Shown: piece by piece, positions 21,627 through 30,928 of the stretch | Layout: each line of letters starts with the position of its first letter | Numbering within the stretch: position 1 is the stretch's first letter | From: Vulcanimicrobiota bacterium | GTDB lineage: Bacteria; Vulcanimicrobiota; Vulcanimicrobiia; Vulcanimicrobiales; Vulcanimicrobiaceae | NCBI GenBank assembly: GCA_003135555.1 | Contig: PLCF01000080.1 | Location: forward strand, 6,619-70,618 | Direction of reading: 5' to 3' | Length of the DNA: 64,000 nt | Notes under the pieces: model-generated | Databases searched by the model: none | Seen by the model: the letters and a program-made list of their open reading frames with translations, nothing else | Told to the model about the DNA's origin: nothing | Position numbers and translations under genes: made by a program

Positions 21627-22703
21627 TCACAGCAGACGCTGCTGACGTTCCTCGCGCGGGCGCACGCCAAGGTGCGCGAGCGCGGCGGGCGTCGTTTTTC
21701 GGCCCTGCGCGGTGCGCTGCACGAAGCCGATCTTGAGCAGGTACGGCTCCACGACGTCTTCGAGCGTTTCCACGTCTTCGGTCAACGTCGCGGCGATCGC
21801 ATTGATTCCAACCGGGCCGCCGCCGTACTGCGCCGCGATGGTGTCGAGATACGCGCGGTCGAGCCGGTCGAGCCCGCGCGCGTCGACGCCTTCGCGCCGC
21901 AGCGCTTCGTCGGCCACGTCCGCCGTGATCACCCCGCCGGCGCGGACCTCGGCGAAGTCGCGCACGCGGCGCAGCAGCCGGTTCGCCACGCGCGGCGTGC
22001 CGCGGCTGCGTTCGGCGATGGTTTGCGCGCCCTCCGGCTCCATCGCGATCTCGAGCACCCGTGCGCTGCGCTCGACGATGCGCCGCAGCTCGGCCGGCTC
22101 GTAGTACGCGAGGTGATGGACGATCCCGAAGCGGTCGCGCAGCGGAGCCGAGAGCATCCCGGCGCGCGTGGTCGCGCCGACGAGCGTGAAGCGTTTGAGC
22201 GGGAGCTTGAGCGTCTTGGCATACGCGCCGCGATCGACGACGAAGTCGATCTGGAAGTCCTCCATCGCCGGATAGAGATACTCTTCGACCACCGTGCCGA
22301 GGCGGTGGATCTCGTCGATGAACAGCACGTCGCCGTTCTCGAGCGCCGTCAGGATCCCGACGAGGTCCTTGGGCTTCTCGAGCGTCGGGCCGGAGGTCGG
22401 GCGCAGCGTTCCACCGGTCGCGCGGGCGATCAAGTTCGCCAGGGTCGTCTTCCCGAGGCCAGGCGGACCGGAGAACAACACGTGCTCGAGCGGCTCACCC
22501 CGGCGCGCGGCGGCGTCGATGGCGATCCGAAGGTTGTCGACGATCTGTTCCTGGCCGACGTAGTCCTCGAACGTGCGCGGGCGCAACGTCGCACCGTACA
22601 CCTCGTCTTCGAGCGTCGCGTCGGTGCCGACGACGCGCGGCTGCTCCTCTTCTGCGGGCGCGGCGTCGGGGCCGATGGTCTTCTTGCGGACCGAGTCGCT
22701 CAC
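21627..22703 (-). CDS. ruvB: Holliday junction helicase RuvB
   Basis: LRPRTFEDYVGQ, GPPGLGKTTLA, FIDEIHRL, RGTPRVANRLLRRVRD. Confidence 0.97.
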   Translation of the reverse strand: MSDSVRKKTIGPDAAPAEEEQPRVVGTDATLEDEVYGATLRPRTFEDYVGQEQIVDNLRIAIDAAARRGEPLEHVLFSGPPGLGKTTLANLIARATGGTLRPTSGPTLEKPKDLVGILTALENGDVLFIDEIHRLGTVVEEYLYPAMEDFQIDFVVDRGAYAKTLKLPLKRFTLVGATTRAGMLSAPLRDRFGIVHHLAYYEPAELRRIVERSARVLEIAMEPEGAQTIAERSRGTPRVANRLLRRVRDFAEVRAGGVITADVADEALRREGVDARGLDRLDRAYLDTIAAQYGGGPVGINAIAATLTEDVETLEDVVEPYLLKIGFVQRTAQGRKTTPAALAHLGVRPREERQQRLL

Positions 22704-23332
22704 GCGCGCGCTCCGGCGGTATTGCGGTGGCGGTAGATCTCGGCTAGCAGGGCTTCGGCGTCGCTGATCGATGGCGCACGCTCGAGCGTCTCCGCGATCA
22801 TGGTCTCGGCCTCGCCGCGCTTGTACGCGAGCTGGAGCAGCACCGCGAGCGCTTCGCCGGCAAACTCCGGCATCGGCGGCTGATCCGGGACAGGACGCTG
22901 CGGTGCGTCCTGGATGAGCAAGAAGCGCGCGACCTTCCCCTGCAACTTGGCGACGATGTCGCGCGCCTTCTGTTGACCGATCCCGGGCAAGGTTTTCAAG
23001 AACGCGTGGTCGCCTTCGTCGATGGCCCGCGCGATCCGCCCCATCGGCGCCGAGAACGCGCGCGCCGCCGACTTCGGTCCGATCGACGCCACCGACAGCA
23101 ACGCCTCGAAGAACTCGCGCTCGATCCCGTTGGTGAACCCGAAGAACGTGAACCGCCCCGCGTTGCCGTCGAGCGCGAAGTGCGCGTAGATCTCCAGCGT
23201 CGTCTCGCCCCCGCCCGGAACTTTGTCCGCGATACTGGGCGGCAGCACGACGTCGTACACGAGCCCGCCGGTCTCGACGCGCACGGACTCTCCCGCGCGT
23301 TCGAGCACGGTGCCGGATATTCTCGAAAACAC
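22700..23332 (-). CDS. ruvA: Holliday junction-binding protein RuvA
   Basis: OB fold plus HhH motifs (VASIGPKSA, LPGIGQQKA); located between ruvC and ruvB. Confidence 0.92.
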   Translation of the reverse strand: MFSRISGTVLERAGESVRVETGGLVYDVVLPPSIADKVPGGGETTLEIYAHFALDGNAGRFTFFGFTNGIEREFFEALLSVASIGPKSAARAFSAPMGRIARAIDEGDHAFLKTLPGIGQQKARDIVAKLQGKVARFLLIQDAPQRPVPDQPPMPEFAGEALAVLLQLAYKRGEAETMIAETLERAPSISDAEALLAEIYRHRNTAGARA

Positions 23333-23408
23333 TCTAACGGCGCTCCGCCCTTGGCTCCGCGCCCCCCACGCCCTTGGCGTGGGGCCCCCGCAGCGGTCGC
23401 GCGCTCAC
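23333..23408 (-). repeat. Intergenic repeat family, copy 3 (3' half)
   Basis: GGGGGCCCCACGCC-AAG-GGCGTGGGGGGCGCGGAGCC..GGGCGGAGCGCCGTTAGA directly before the ruvA GTG. Confidence 0.82.
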
Positions 23409-23995
23409 GATTGCGACTTCGCGCGATTCCCCGAGGGCGCGCGTAGCAACAGGGTGGTAGCGCGGGAGCGGCGCTGGGGCATCACGACGCCGAGTTCGGC
23501 GAAGTGATTCCGTTGTGCTTCCACATTTGCGAAGGCGATGGCGAGCGCGAGCGCGTCGGAGACGTCGTCGGGCTGGGGCGGCGAGGCCAATCCGAGCAGT
23601 TGGACGACCATCCCCTTTACTTGTGCCTTGCTCGCCGAGCCGCTTCCGACGAGCGCGCGTTTCACCATCGCGTGAGCCAGGTCGTGGACTACGAGCGCGT
23701 TCGCTCCCGCGACGAGCGCGAGCACGCCGCGCGCGTGGCCCATCAGCACCGCGGTCTGCGGGTGTTCGTACGCCGTCCACAGCTCTTCGACCACCATGCA
23801 GTCCGGGCGCGTCGCGCGTACGACCTCGACCATACCGTCGTGCAGCTGCACCAAACGGCGCTCGAGCGGCGCGTTGGGATTCGGCTGCAAGACGCCGCCC
23901 TCGACCAGACGCAGCCCGCCGTCGCGCAGCTCGATGACGCCGTAGCCCGTCGTGCGCAGCCCGGGATCGACGCCGAGGATGCGGCGCCCGTTCAT
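23405..23995 (-). CDS. ruvC: Holliday junction resolvase RuvC
   Basis: ILGVDPGLRTTGYG, VVEE, KRALVGSG.ASK.QV, PDDVSDALA. Confidence 0.95.
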   Translation of the reverse strand: MNGRRILGVDPGLRTTGYGVIELRDGGLRLVEGGVLQPNPNAPLERRLVQLHDGMVEVVRATRPDCMVVEELWTAYEHPQTAVLMGHARGVLALVAGANALVVHDLAHAMVKRALVGSGSASKAQVKGMVVQLLGLASPPQPDDVSDALALAIAFANVEAQRNHFAELGVVMPQRRSRATTLLLRAPSGNRAKSQS

Positions 23996-26070
23996 GGTCC
24001 CGGCTTCACGACGGTGATGTTGACGGATTCTCCCGGTTTGAGCGCGCTGCCCGCTTCGGGTTCGGTGCGCACGACGTGGCCCGGTTCGAGCGAGCTGTCG
24101 GCGGTCTCCGCGATGTTGCCGATCTGATAGCCCGAGGCGATGAGCATCTGCTTCGCCTCATCCAGCGGCCTGCCCGCAACGTCGGGGATACTCCCCGGGA
24201 CGCTCCAGAAAATCGTCACCTTCGAGTGCTTCTTCGCCTTCGCATCGGCCTCGGGTTTCTGCAGCGAGATCTTACCGGTGGGGTTCGCGGCATCGACGGT
24301 GTAGGAAACGGCGACCTCGAAACCGGCACCCGTGAGCGCCGCTTGGGCGGCCGCGGCGTCGAGCCCGACGACGTTGGGGACCGTCGTGCTGGAGGCACCC
24401 GTGCTCACGATCACCGAGACGGTCGCGTTGGGCGCGACGGTCGCCGACGGCTCGGGGTCCTGCGAGGCGATGACGTCGGCGGGGATCGTGTCGTTCTCGG
24501 TCTTCTCCGCGATGGTGAGCGTGAGGTTGAGCCGGGCCAGCTTCTGGCGCGCCTCGTCTACGGTCAGGCTCACGAGGTTCGGCACGACGATCGGTTGCGC
24601 GCCCTTCGAGATGCGGACCGTGACGAGATCGTTCTGGCGCACCGACGCGCCGCTGGCGGGGACGACGTCGATCACTTGATCGGCCGGCACGCCGGCGTTG
24701 AACGCTTCGACGATCCGGTAGCGCAGCTTGGCCTTGCGCAGCTCGCTCACCGCGTCGGCGCGGCTGTACCCTTTGATGTCGGGAACGTCCACCCGCGGCA
24801 GACCACCCGAAACGACTAGCGCGACGACGTCGTTCTTGGCCAGCATCGACCCTGGTGCGGGATCCTGGCGGATGACGTGATCGGGCGGGACCGAAGCGTC
24901 GTCTTCGGTGGTGAGCTTCGACCGCAAGCCGCGCTGCAACAGTTCCTGCTGCGCGGCGGTGGCGCTCTTGCGAACCAAATCCGGGACCGGGATCGTCGCT
25001 GAAGCCGGGAACGCTCCGCCGCGCAGCGCGAAGTAGCCGATAAGGATCGCGGCAGCCAGCAGCACCGGGAAAATGACCCAGCGCAGGTCGCGCTCGCGTG
25101 TCGGCTCGTTCTGGTCCGTTTCGATGACGCGCGCGCCGCGCAATTCGGGCCGGTCGGGCGAGACCGACGGGCGCGGCGGCGGTTTGACCGTCGGGATCCG
25201 CGTCGTGGCGGCGTCGCCGAGCGCGTCGGCGTGCGGGACGTTGGGGCGCTCGCGGGCTTCGCGCAACGCGCTCGCGAGCTCGGTCGCCGACGCGAAGCGC
25301 CCGGCCGGGTTTTTGCGCAGCAGCCGCGCCACGATCGCAGCGACGGCGGGGCTCACCCCGGTGGTGGCAGGATCGATCGGCGGCGGCTCCTCCGAGACGT
25401 GCTTGAGGGCAACCGCGACGGGGTTATCGCCGGTAAAGGGCAGCGCCCCGGTCAGCATCTGGTAGAGCACGACGCCGACCGAATAGAGGTCCGCGCGCTC
25501 ATCGATGTCGTGGCCTTGCGCCTGCTCGGGCGAGATATAGGCGACGCTTCCCATCACCATCCCGGGCTGCGTCACGCCCAACGTGTGCTCGGAGACCGCG
25601 CGCGCGATCCCGAAGTCGCTGAGCTTCACGACGTCGTCGCTGGTGACCAGGATGTTGGCCGGCTTGACGTCGCGGTGCAGGAGCCCCTGACGATGGGCGT
25701 ACGCCAGCCCGCTGGCGATCTGGATCGCGTAGTCGACGGCGACCGGCTCGGGCAGCACGCGCTCCGCGCGCATCAGCTCGGCCAGCGTCGTCCCGTCGAC
25801 GAGCTCCATGACGATGTAGTACGCGTCGTCCTCGCGCCCGAAATCGTAGACGTTGACGATGTTGGGATGCGACAGCTTGGCTGCGGACTGCGCTTCATAC
25901 GAGAAGCGCTTCACGAAGTCGTCGTCGGTCGCGTACTGCTCGCGCAGAACTTTGATCGCCACGCGCCGCCGCAACAGCGTATCGGTACCGACGTACACGT
26001 TCGCCATCCCCCCATTTCCGAGGATGCCGTCGACGCGGTAGCGGTTATTGAAAATCTTCTCGGTCTGAAT
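23992..26070 (-). CDS. pknB: PASTA-domain Ser/Thr kinase (Stk1/PknB type), probable ATT start
   Basis: NRYRVDGILGNGGMANVY, HRDVKPANIL, DFGIARA, TM segment and several PASTA repeats; subdomain I lies upstream of the first ATG (26007). Confidence 0.92.
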   Translation of the reverse strand: MQTEKIFNNRYRVDGILGNGGMANVYVGTDTLLRRRVAIKVLREQYATDDDFVKRFSYEAQSAAKLSHPNIVNVYDFGREDDAYYIVMELVDGTTLAELMRAERVLPEPVAVDYAIQIASGLAYAHRQGLLHRDVKPANILVTSDDVVKLSDFGIARAVSEHTLGVTQPGMVMGSVAYISPEQAQGHDIDERADLYSVGVVLYQMLTGALPFTGDNPVAVALKHVSEEPPPIDPATTGVSPAVAAIVARLLRKNPAGRFASATELASALREARERPNVPHADALGDAATTRIPTVKPPPRPSVSPDRPELRGARVIETDQNEPTRERDLRWVIFPVLLAAAILIGYFALRGGAFPASATIPVPDLVRKSATAAQQELLQRGLRSKLTTEDDASVPPDHVIRQDPAPGSMLAKNDVVALVVSGGLPRVDVPDIKGYSRADAVSELRKAKLRYRIVEAFNAGVPADQVIDVVPASGASVRQNDLVTVRISKGAQPIVVPNLVSLTVDEARQKLARLNLTLTIAEKTENDTIPADVIASQDPEPSATVAPNATVSVIVSTGASSTTVPNVVGLDAAAAQAALTGAGFEVAVSYTVDAANPTGKISLQKPEADAKAKKHSKVTIFWSVPGSIPDVAGRPLDEAKQMLIASGYQIGNIAETADSSLEPGHVVRTEPEAGSALKPGESVNITVVKPGP

Positions 26071-26225
26071 GGCGCTACGCCCCCGGCTCCGCGCCCCCCA
26101 CGCGGTGCGTGGGGCCCCCGGACCGAGCTCGCAACGAGCACCCGAGCGGGGCTCGATGGTCCTGCGCTCGCTCCATCACCGTTGCGGCCGAACGATGGTC
26201 CTGCGCTCGCTCCATCACCATTGCG
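26064..26225 (-). repeat. Intergenic repeat family, copy 4 (5' block tandemly duplicated, 39-nt period)
   Basis: GGTGATGGAGCGAGCGCAGGACCATCG occurs twice, followed by the shared GTTGCGAG..GGGGGCCCCACGC..GCGTGGGGGGCGCGGAGCC core. Confidence 0.85.
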
Positions 26226-26228
26226 CAG

Positions 26229-27623
26229 CTACGTTCGATGGCGGGCGAGCGCTACCCTTAGGACCTCGCGGGCGATGGGTGCGGCGTAGGTGCCTCCATA
26301 CCCGACGTTCTCCACGACGATCGCCACGGCGACGCGCGGCGCCTCGGCCGGGGCGAAGGCGACGAACCACGCGTGCGACCGGCCGTGGGGGTTGGTGGCG
26401 GTGCCGGTCTTGCCGGCGACGGTGACGCCGGGAAGCTGGGCAGCCGTACCGGTGCCGCGCTGCACGACCGCGATCATCAGGTCGCGGACCTCGTGCGCGG
26501 TCTCCGTCGAGATGGGCTGGGCGAGCGTCTCGGGGCGCGTGGCGATCCCGGTTTCACTTCCGGCGATGCGGCGCACCAAGAATGGCCGCGGGGTGGTGCC
26601 GTCGTGCGCGATCGTCGCGGCGATGAGTGCCATGCGCATCGGCGTGACGAGCAGCGAGGCCTGTCCGAACCCCAGCTGCGCCAGAATCCCGGCATAGACG
26701 TCCTTTTTGGCCGGCAGACGATCCGGCGAAACCGCGAGATCGAAATCAACCGGCTGGCCGAGTCCCCACTTTCCCGCGTATTCGAACCAGGTGTTCACGC
26801 CGATCTTGAGCGCGATCTGCGCGAAGTCGACGTTTGAGCTCAACGCGAACGCACCGGTGAGGTCCTGCGTCCCGGTGACCTCCTCTTCGTCGTTGTGAAC
26901 GCGGAAGTTGCCGATCGTGAGCCCGCCGTAGTCGCTGAACGTCGACTGCGGCGTGACGATGCCGGCATCGAGCGCATCGGCCGCCGTGACCACCTTGAAC
27001 GTCGATCCCGGTGGATACAGGCCACCCGTCGAGCGGTCGAGCAGCGGCGACGACGGATCCTTCAAGAGCGACGGCCACAGCGCATCGAGCTTGTTGGGAT
27101 CGTACGCGGGCAGCGATGCCAGCGCGAGCACTGCGCCGGTTCGCGGATCCATCACTACGCCGGCGGCGCGCGGATAGCGCGATAGGCTGCCGACGAGCGT
27201 GCTCTGGATGGTGAGGTCGAGCGTCGTGACGATGTCGGCTCCGCGCGGCGCGCCATGGCTTCCGCCGACGATCTGCCGCAGCTGCGAGATCGGGTCGACC
27301 GCATCGGTGTGCGCGGTCAGCGCGCGGTCGAACGCGTCCTCGAGACCCGACGTCCCGTAGCGCCCCGAGGCGTACCCGACGGGTTGCGCGACCAGCGCGC
27401 CCTGGGGATACACGCGCTTCGCGCCGCGCGTGACGCCCAGCGGAGTCCCGTCCGAGGCCAGGATCGAGCCGCGCCCGACGGCGATCGCGGTGTGGCGCGG
27501 ATTGTACTGGCTGACGGTCAGCCGCGGGCCTTCCACGACTTGCAGCCAGAGCTGGCGCACCGCGACGATCGCGAACAGCGCGACGAAGATCGCGCCGAGC
27601 CGCGCGATCGCGCGATCGGTCAC
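26229..27623 (-). CDS. Class B penicillin-binding transpeptidase (PbpA-like)
   Basis: PGSTFK (SxxK), SSN and KTGT motifs; N-terminal TM. Confidence 0.92.
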   Translation of the reverse strand: MTDRAIARLGAIFVALFAIVAVRQLWLQVVEGPRLTVSQYNPRHTAIAVGRGSILASDGTPLGVTRGAKRVYPQGALVAQPVGYASGRYGTSGLEDAFDRALTAHTDAVDPISQLRQIVGGSHGAPRGADIVTTLDLTIQSTLVGSLSRYPRAAGVVMDPRTGAVLALASLPAYDPNKLDALWPSLLKDPSSPLLDRSTGGLYPPGSTFKVVTAADALDAGIVTPQSTFSDYGGLTIGNFRVHNDEEEVTGTQDLTGAFALSSNVDFAQIALKIGVNTWFEYAGKWGLGQPVDFDLAVSPDRLPAKKDVYAGILAQLGFGQASLLVTPMRMALIAATIAHDGTTPRPFLVRRIAGSETGIATRPETLAQPISTETAHEVRDLMIAVVQRGTGTAAQLPGVTVAGKTGTATNPHGRSHAWFVAFAPAEAPRVAVAIVVENVGYGGTYAAPIAREVLRVALARHRT

Positions 27624-27644
27624 GTGACGGTCCGCACCGCGCGG

Positions 27645-28427
27645 TTACTCCGCGCTGGGCTCATCGACGACGTCGGTCACTTGGGCGGTGCGTTCGCGCA
27701 GCAGCGTGTACCCGCCGTTGGTCGTCACCGCGAGGTGCGCGTGCGCGCCGTCGCCGCCGATCGCCTCGTTGAGCAGGCGTCGCGCGATTTCGTCGTCGAG
27801 GCCGTCGATCGCCAGGATCGCGTCGACGGCGACGTCGTCGAGCAGCGGTCCGGCGACGTACGCGGCGTGCGGAATCGTCTCCCACAAACGGTCCTCGTAG
27901 GGGGCATTGCGCCACGGGCCGCGCTTACCGAACACGGTTGCGTGATAGTCCCATGCGCACAACCGGCGTTCGTTCCACATGAAGTGGTCGCGAACGCAGG
28001 TGCGCCGGCAGATGGCGCATTGGACGAGCGCTTCGGGCGGGCGGCTCAACGCGTCGAGGATGTCCTCGGGAAGGTCGTCGACGTTCACGATCGCGTCGTC
28101 GCTGAGCGCTTCGGGGACCGCTGCCGACCACCCGACGCGGGCCAGCAGTTCCAGCTCGCGCAGCGAGGAGACGAACGAACGCTCGTCGCTCGGGTCGAAG
28201 GTCTGATCCGCCCAAGCTCCGAGGTTGTCGGAGGCAACGCCGACGCGCTGCCAGTTCTCCCCCAGCACCACGCCGATCGGCGTCCACGCGAGCGGGACGA
28301 GCCACGCCGTCACCTGGCGGTTCTCCGGCACCAGCGACGACGTGAACGCCAGCGTGCTGGCGTTCCCGCCCAGGACGTAGGCGCGGGCTTCGCTCTTGGC
28401 CGGAGGGTCGGCGATGGGAATGCTCAC
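27645..28427 (-). CDS. Hypothetical protein with Cys/His cluster
   Basis: QCAICRRTC...LCAWDYH; start uncertain. Confidence 0.65.
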   Translation of the reverse strand: MSIPIADPPAKSEARAYVLGGNASTLAFTSSLVPENRQVTAWLVPLAWTPIGVVLGENWQRVGVASDNLGAWADQTFDPSDERSFVSSLRELELLARVGWSAAVPEALSDDAIVNVDDLPEDILDALSRPPEALVQCAICRRTCVRDHFMWNERRLCAWDYHATVFGKRGPWRNAPYEDRLWETIPHAAYVAGPLLDDVAVDAILAIDGLDDEIARRLLNEAIGGDGAHAHLAVTTNGGYTLLRERTAQVTDVVDEPSAE

Positions 28428-28484
28428 CGCGCTGCGTACGGCGCGGCGCGCCTGCGCTCCCGCCGACCGCAATCCGATTCGCTG

Positions 28485-29639
28485 CTAGTGACGCAGAACG
28501 ACGCCGGCGATCGCGCCGAAAAGGACATAGGCCTGGTCCGGTACGCGCTTAGCGAGCCGCGGCCCGGCGAGCACGACGACCAGCAACAAAACGCTGAACC
28601 CGTCGAGAATGACGGGGCGCCCGATGAGATACGTCGTGCCGGCAAGCACGCCGACGACTGCGACCGTCACGCCGTGAACGAAGCCGGCTACGCGGGGATG
28701 CGCGCCGTAGCGCAAGAGCAGCGGCGTCGCGAGGACGGTCAAGACGATCGACGGCAAGAAGATCCCCAGCGTCGCCGCCGTAGCCCCGGCAAATCCGTCG
28801 ACGACGTAGCCCACGAACGTCGCGGGGATGACGACCGGCCCCGGGGAGATCATTCCGACAGCGACCGCGTCGACGAACGTCTGGTTGTCGATCCAGTGAT
28901 ACTGATCGACGATGTAGGTCTTCACGAACGACACGACGACCAGCCCGCTGCCGAATACGAGAAAACCGGTCTTGAGAAAAAACCAGAACAACGCCGGCGC
29001 GAGTCCGGACGACGGTACGGCCAACCCGAGCAAGACCGGCGCGCCGACCGCGCGCAACGTCGACGGCGGGGATGCGGTGATCGGGACGGGTGGGACCTTC
29101 GGCCGGGGCGCGAATGCGACGATCCCCAGGACACCGGCCGCCAGAAACAGCCACGCCAATTCGCGTTGCAGCGCGATCGTTACGACGCCGGCCACGATCG
29201 CGACGGCCCAGGCGGGATAGTCGTGCTTGAGCGTCTTGCGGCCGAGGTTCCAGCTCGCGCGCAGGATGAGCGCTACGACGACCGGGCCAATGCCGTAGAA
29301 AAGGCCGCGGACGAGCCCGGCGCCTGCGAAGCGCTCGTAGAGTGCTGCGATGGTCACGACGATCGCGAACGGCGGCAGCGCGAAAGCGATCGCGATGGCG
29401 AACGCGCCCAGCACTCCGTGCGTCACGTAGCCGCAGTAGACGCCGAGTTGGTACGCCATCGGCCCGGGGCACGCGGTCGCGATCGCGAGGCCGCGGTCGT
29501 ACGACGCTTCGTCGAGCCAGCCGCGCTTTTCGACCAGATCGCGGCGCATGTAGTTGGCGAGCGCGACGGGTCCGCCGAACCCGGTGGCGCCGAGCATCAG
29601 AAAGTACCGCACGAGGTCGAATAGCGACGGCCGCGTCAT
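28485..29639 (-). CDS. chrA: Chromate transporter, long-chain CHR family
   Basis: GATGFGGP, CPGP, FGSGLV, ISPGPV motifs in two homologous halves. Confidence 0.9.
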   Translation of the reverse strand: MTRPSLFDLVRYFLMLGATGFGGPVALANYMRRDLVEKRGWLDEASYDRGLAIATACPGPMAYQLGVYCGYVTHGVLGAFAIAIAFALPPFAIVVTIAALYERFAGAGLVRGLFYGIGPVVVALILRASWNLGRKTLKHDYPAWAVAIVAGVVTIALQRELAWLFLAAGVLGIVAFAPRPKVPPVPITASPPSTLRAVGAPVLLGLAVPSSGLAPALFWFFLKTGFLVFGSGLVVVSFVKTYIVDQYHWIDNQTFVDAVAVGMISPGPVVIPATFVGYVVDGFAGATAATLGIFLPSIVLTVLATPLLLRYGAHPRVAGFVHGVTVAVVGVLAGTTYLIGRPVILDGFSVLLLVVVLAGPRLAKRVPDQAYVLFGAIAGVVLRH

Positions 29640-30795
29640 TGCGGCTGCGTGACGGTGGGCGCGTGCTCGTCGACCGGTACGTTGCGAAACGTCGCGAGCA
29701 GCGAGAGGTCGTAGACGATCTTTAGCGCGCCGGCCAGAACGAATGGGAGGCCGGCTGCGGCGAGTTGAAACGCGATGCCGGTCAGCACCGGTGCGATCGA
29801 GGCAGCGGCCGGCCTCACCGCCGCGGTCACGCCGGCGGCGCGGGGACGATCGTGCGGCGGCACGAGCGACAGCGTGTAGGCCTGCCGCGTCGGGACGTCC
29901 ATCTGTGACAGGGCGGATCGCACCAGCAACACCGTCGCCGCGAGTGCAAACGACGGCATGAACGGCAAGAGGCACAGCAACACGTTGGACGGCAGGTGCG
30001 TGAACACCATCGTGTTGAGGAGGCCGATGCGCGCCGCAACCTGGGCCGCGAGCACATACGATGCCGCCGCGAGCAGGTTCGCGCCGAACAACAGCGGGCC
30101 GATCGTTTCAGCGCCGACCCCGAACCGCACCGAGAACCAGTACGCGATGAACGCCTGGACGATGAAGCCGCCGGCGAAGGCGTCCAGCGCGAACAGCGCA
30201 GCAAGGCGTTCGACGATCCCGAACGGCGCACGCGTTTGACGAACCGGCTCGGCGACCGTCACCTGCTCGTCGTTCATCACGAACGCGACGAGCACCACAA
30301 CCGCGCCGGCCGCGGCGTAGAGCACCAAGACGCCGGATACGTCAGAACGGCCGCCGCCAGCGCGCCGAAAGCGATCGCCGCGGCGCTGACGACGTTGTAC
30401 ACCGACAGCCGGCGCGTCATCCCGGCGGATTCGCCGGCCAGCGCCGCCTGCTCGATCGCGGCGAACGGTCCGACGTCCTGGCCGCCCGGACTCACCACGC
30501 CGAGCAGGCATGCGCAGACGATCGCCGGCTCCCCGCCGGCCAGCAGCACCGCGGCGACGATCATCGCGCCGCCGCCCATCCCAAGGGTAGCCCGCGTACC
30601 AAACGCCCCGACGAGGCGGCCGGTGAGCGCCGACGTCAGGGCACCGGCGAGCAGCGCCGTCGTGATCGCCGCGCCGATCCCGATCGGTGAAAAGCCCCGC
30701 GCCGCAAGGGCCTCGGCGAGCACGACGGCCAGGGCCCCGTAAGCCAGCGAGCGCGCCGTACGCGAGGCGAGAATGTATCGATTTCTATGTAACAC
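29636..30795 (-). pseudogene. MFS transporter with a frameshift near 30336
   Basis: N-half (GGQDVGPFAAIEQAAL) and C-half (LDAFAGGF, TMVFTHLPSNV, SQMDVPTRQAY) lie in different frames. Confidence 0.8.
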
Positions 30796-30815
30796 TAATT
30801 ACATAGAGAGTAGCA
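30784..30815 (-). promoter_or_regulatory. Perfect 9-6-9 palindrome with adjacent extended -10
   Basis: TCTATGTAA-CACTAA-TTACATAGA; minus-strand TGCTACTCT just upstream. Confidence 0.6.
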
Positions 30816-30885
30816 CATCGTACGGATGACGCAAGACCGTGTATGGGCGAGATCGAGGCCCGCCCTTCGTCCGCGTGTTCGGCTG

Positions 30886-30919
30886 GGGCTCCGCGCCGGT
30901 CGCACCGGCCGCGGAACCC
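30886..30919 (-). terminator. GC-rich hairpin after dctP (terminator or REP-like)
   Basis: GGGTTCCGCGGCCGGT-GCG-ACCGGCGCGGAGCCC; no clear U-tract. Confidence 0.4.
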
Positions 30920-30928
30920 ACCGCGCTC

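Noticed and set aside
26154..26219. CRISPR array
   Set aside because: Only two 27-nt units with a 12-nt gap, part of the intergenic repeat; no cas genes
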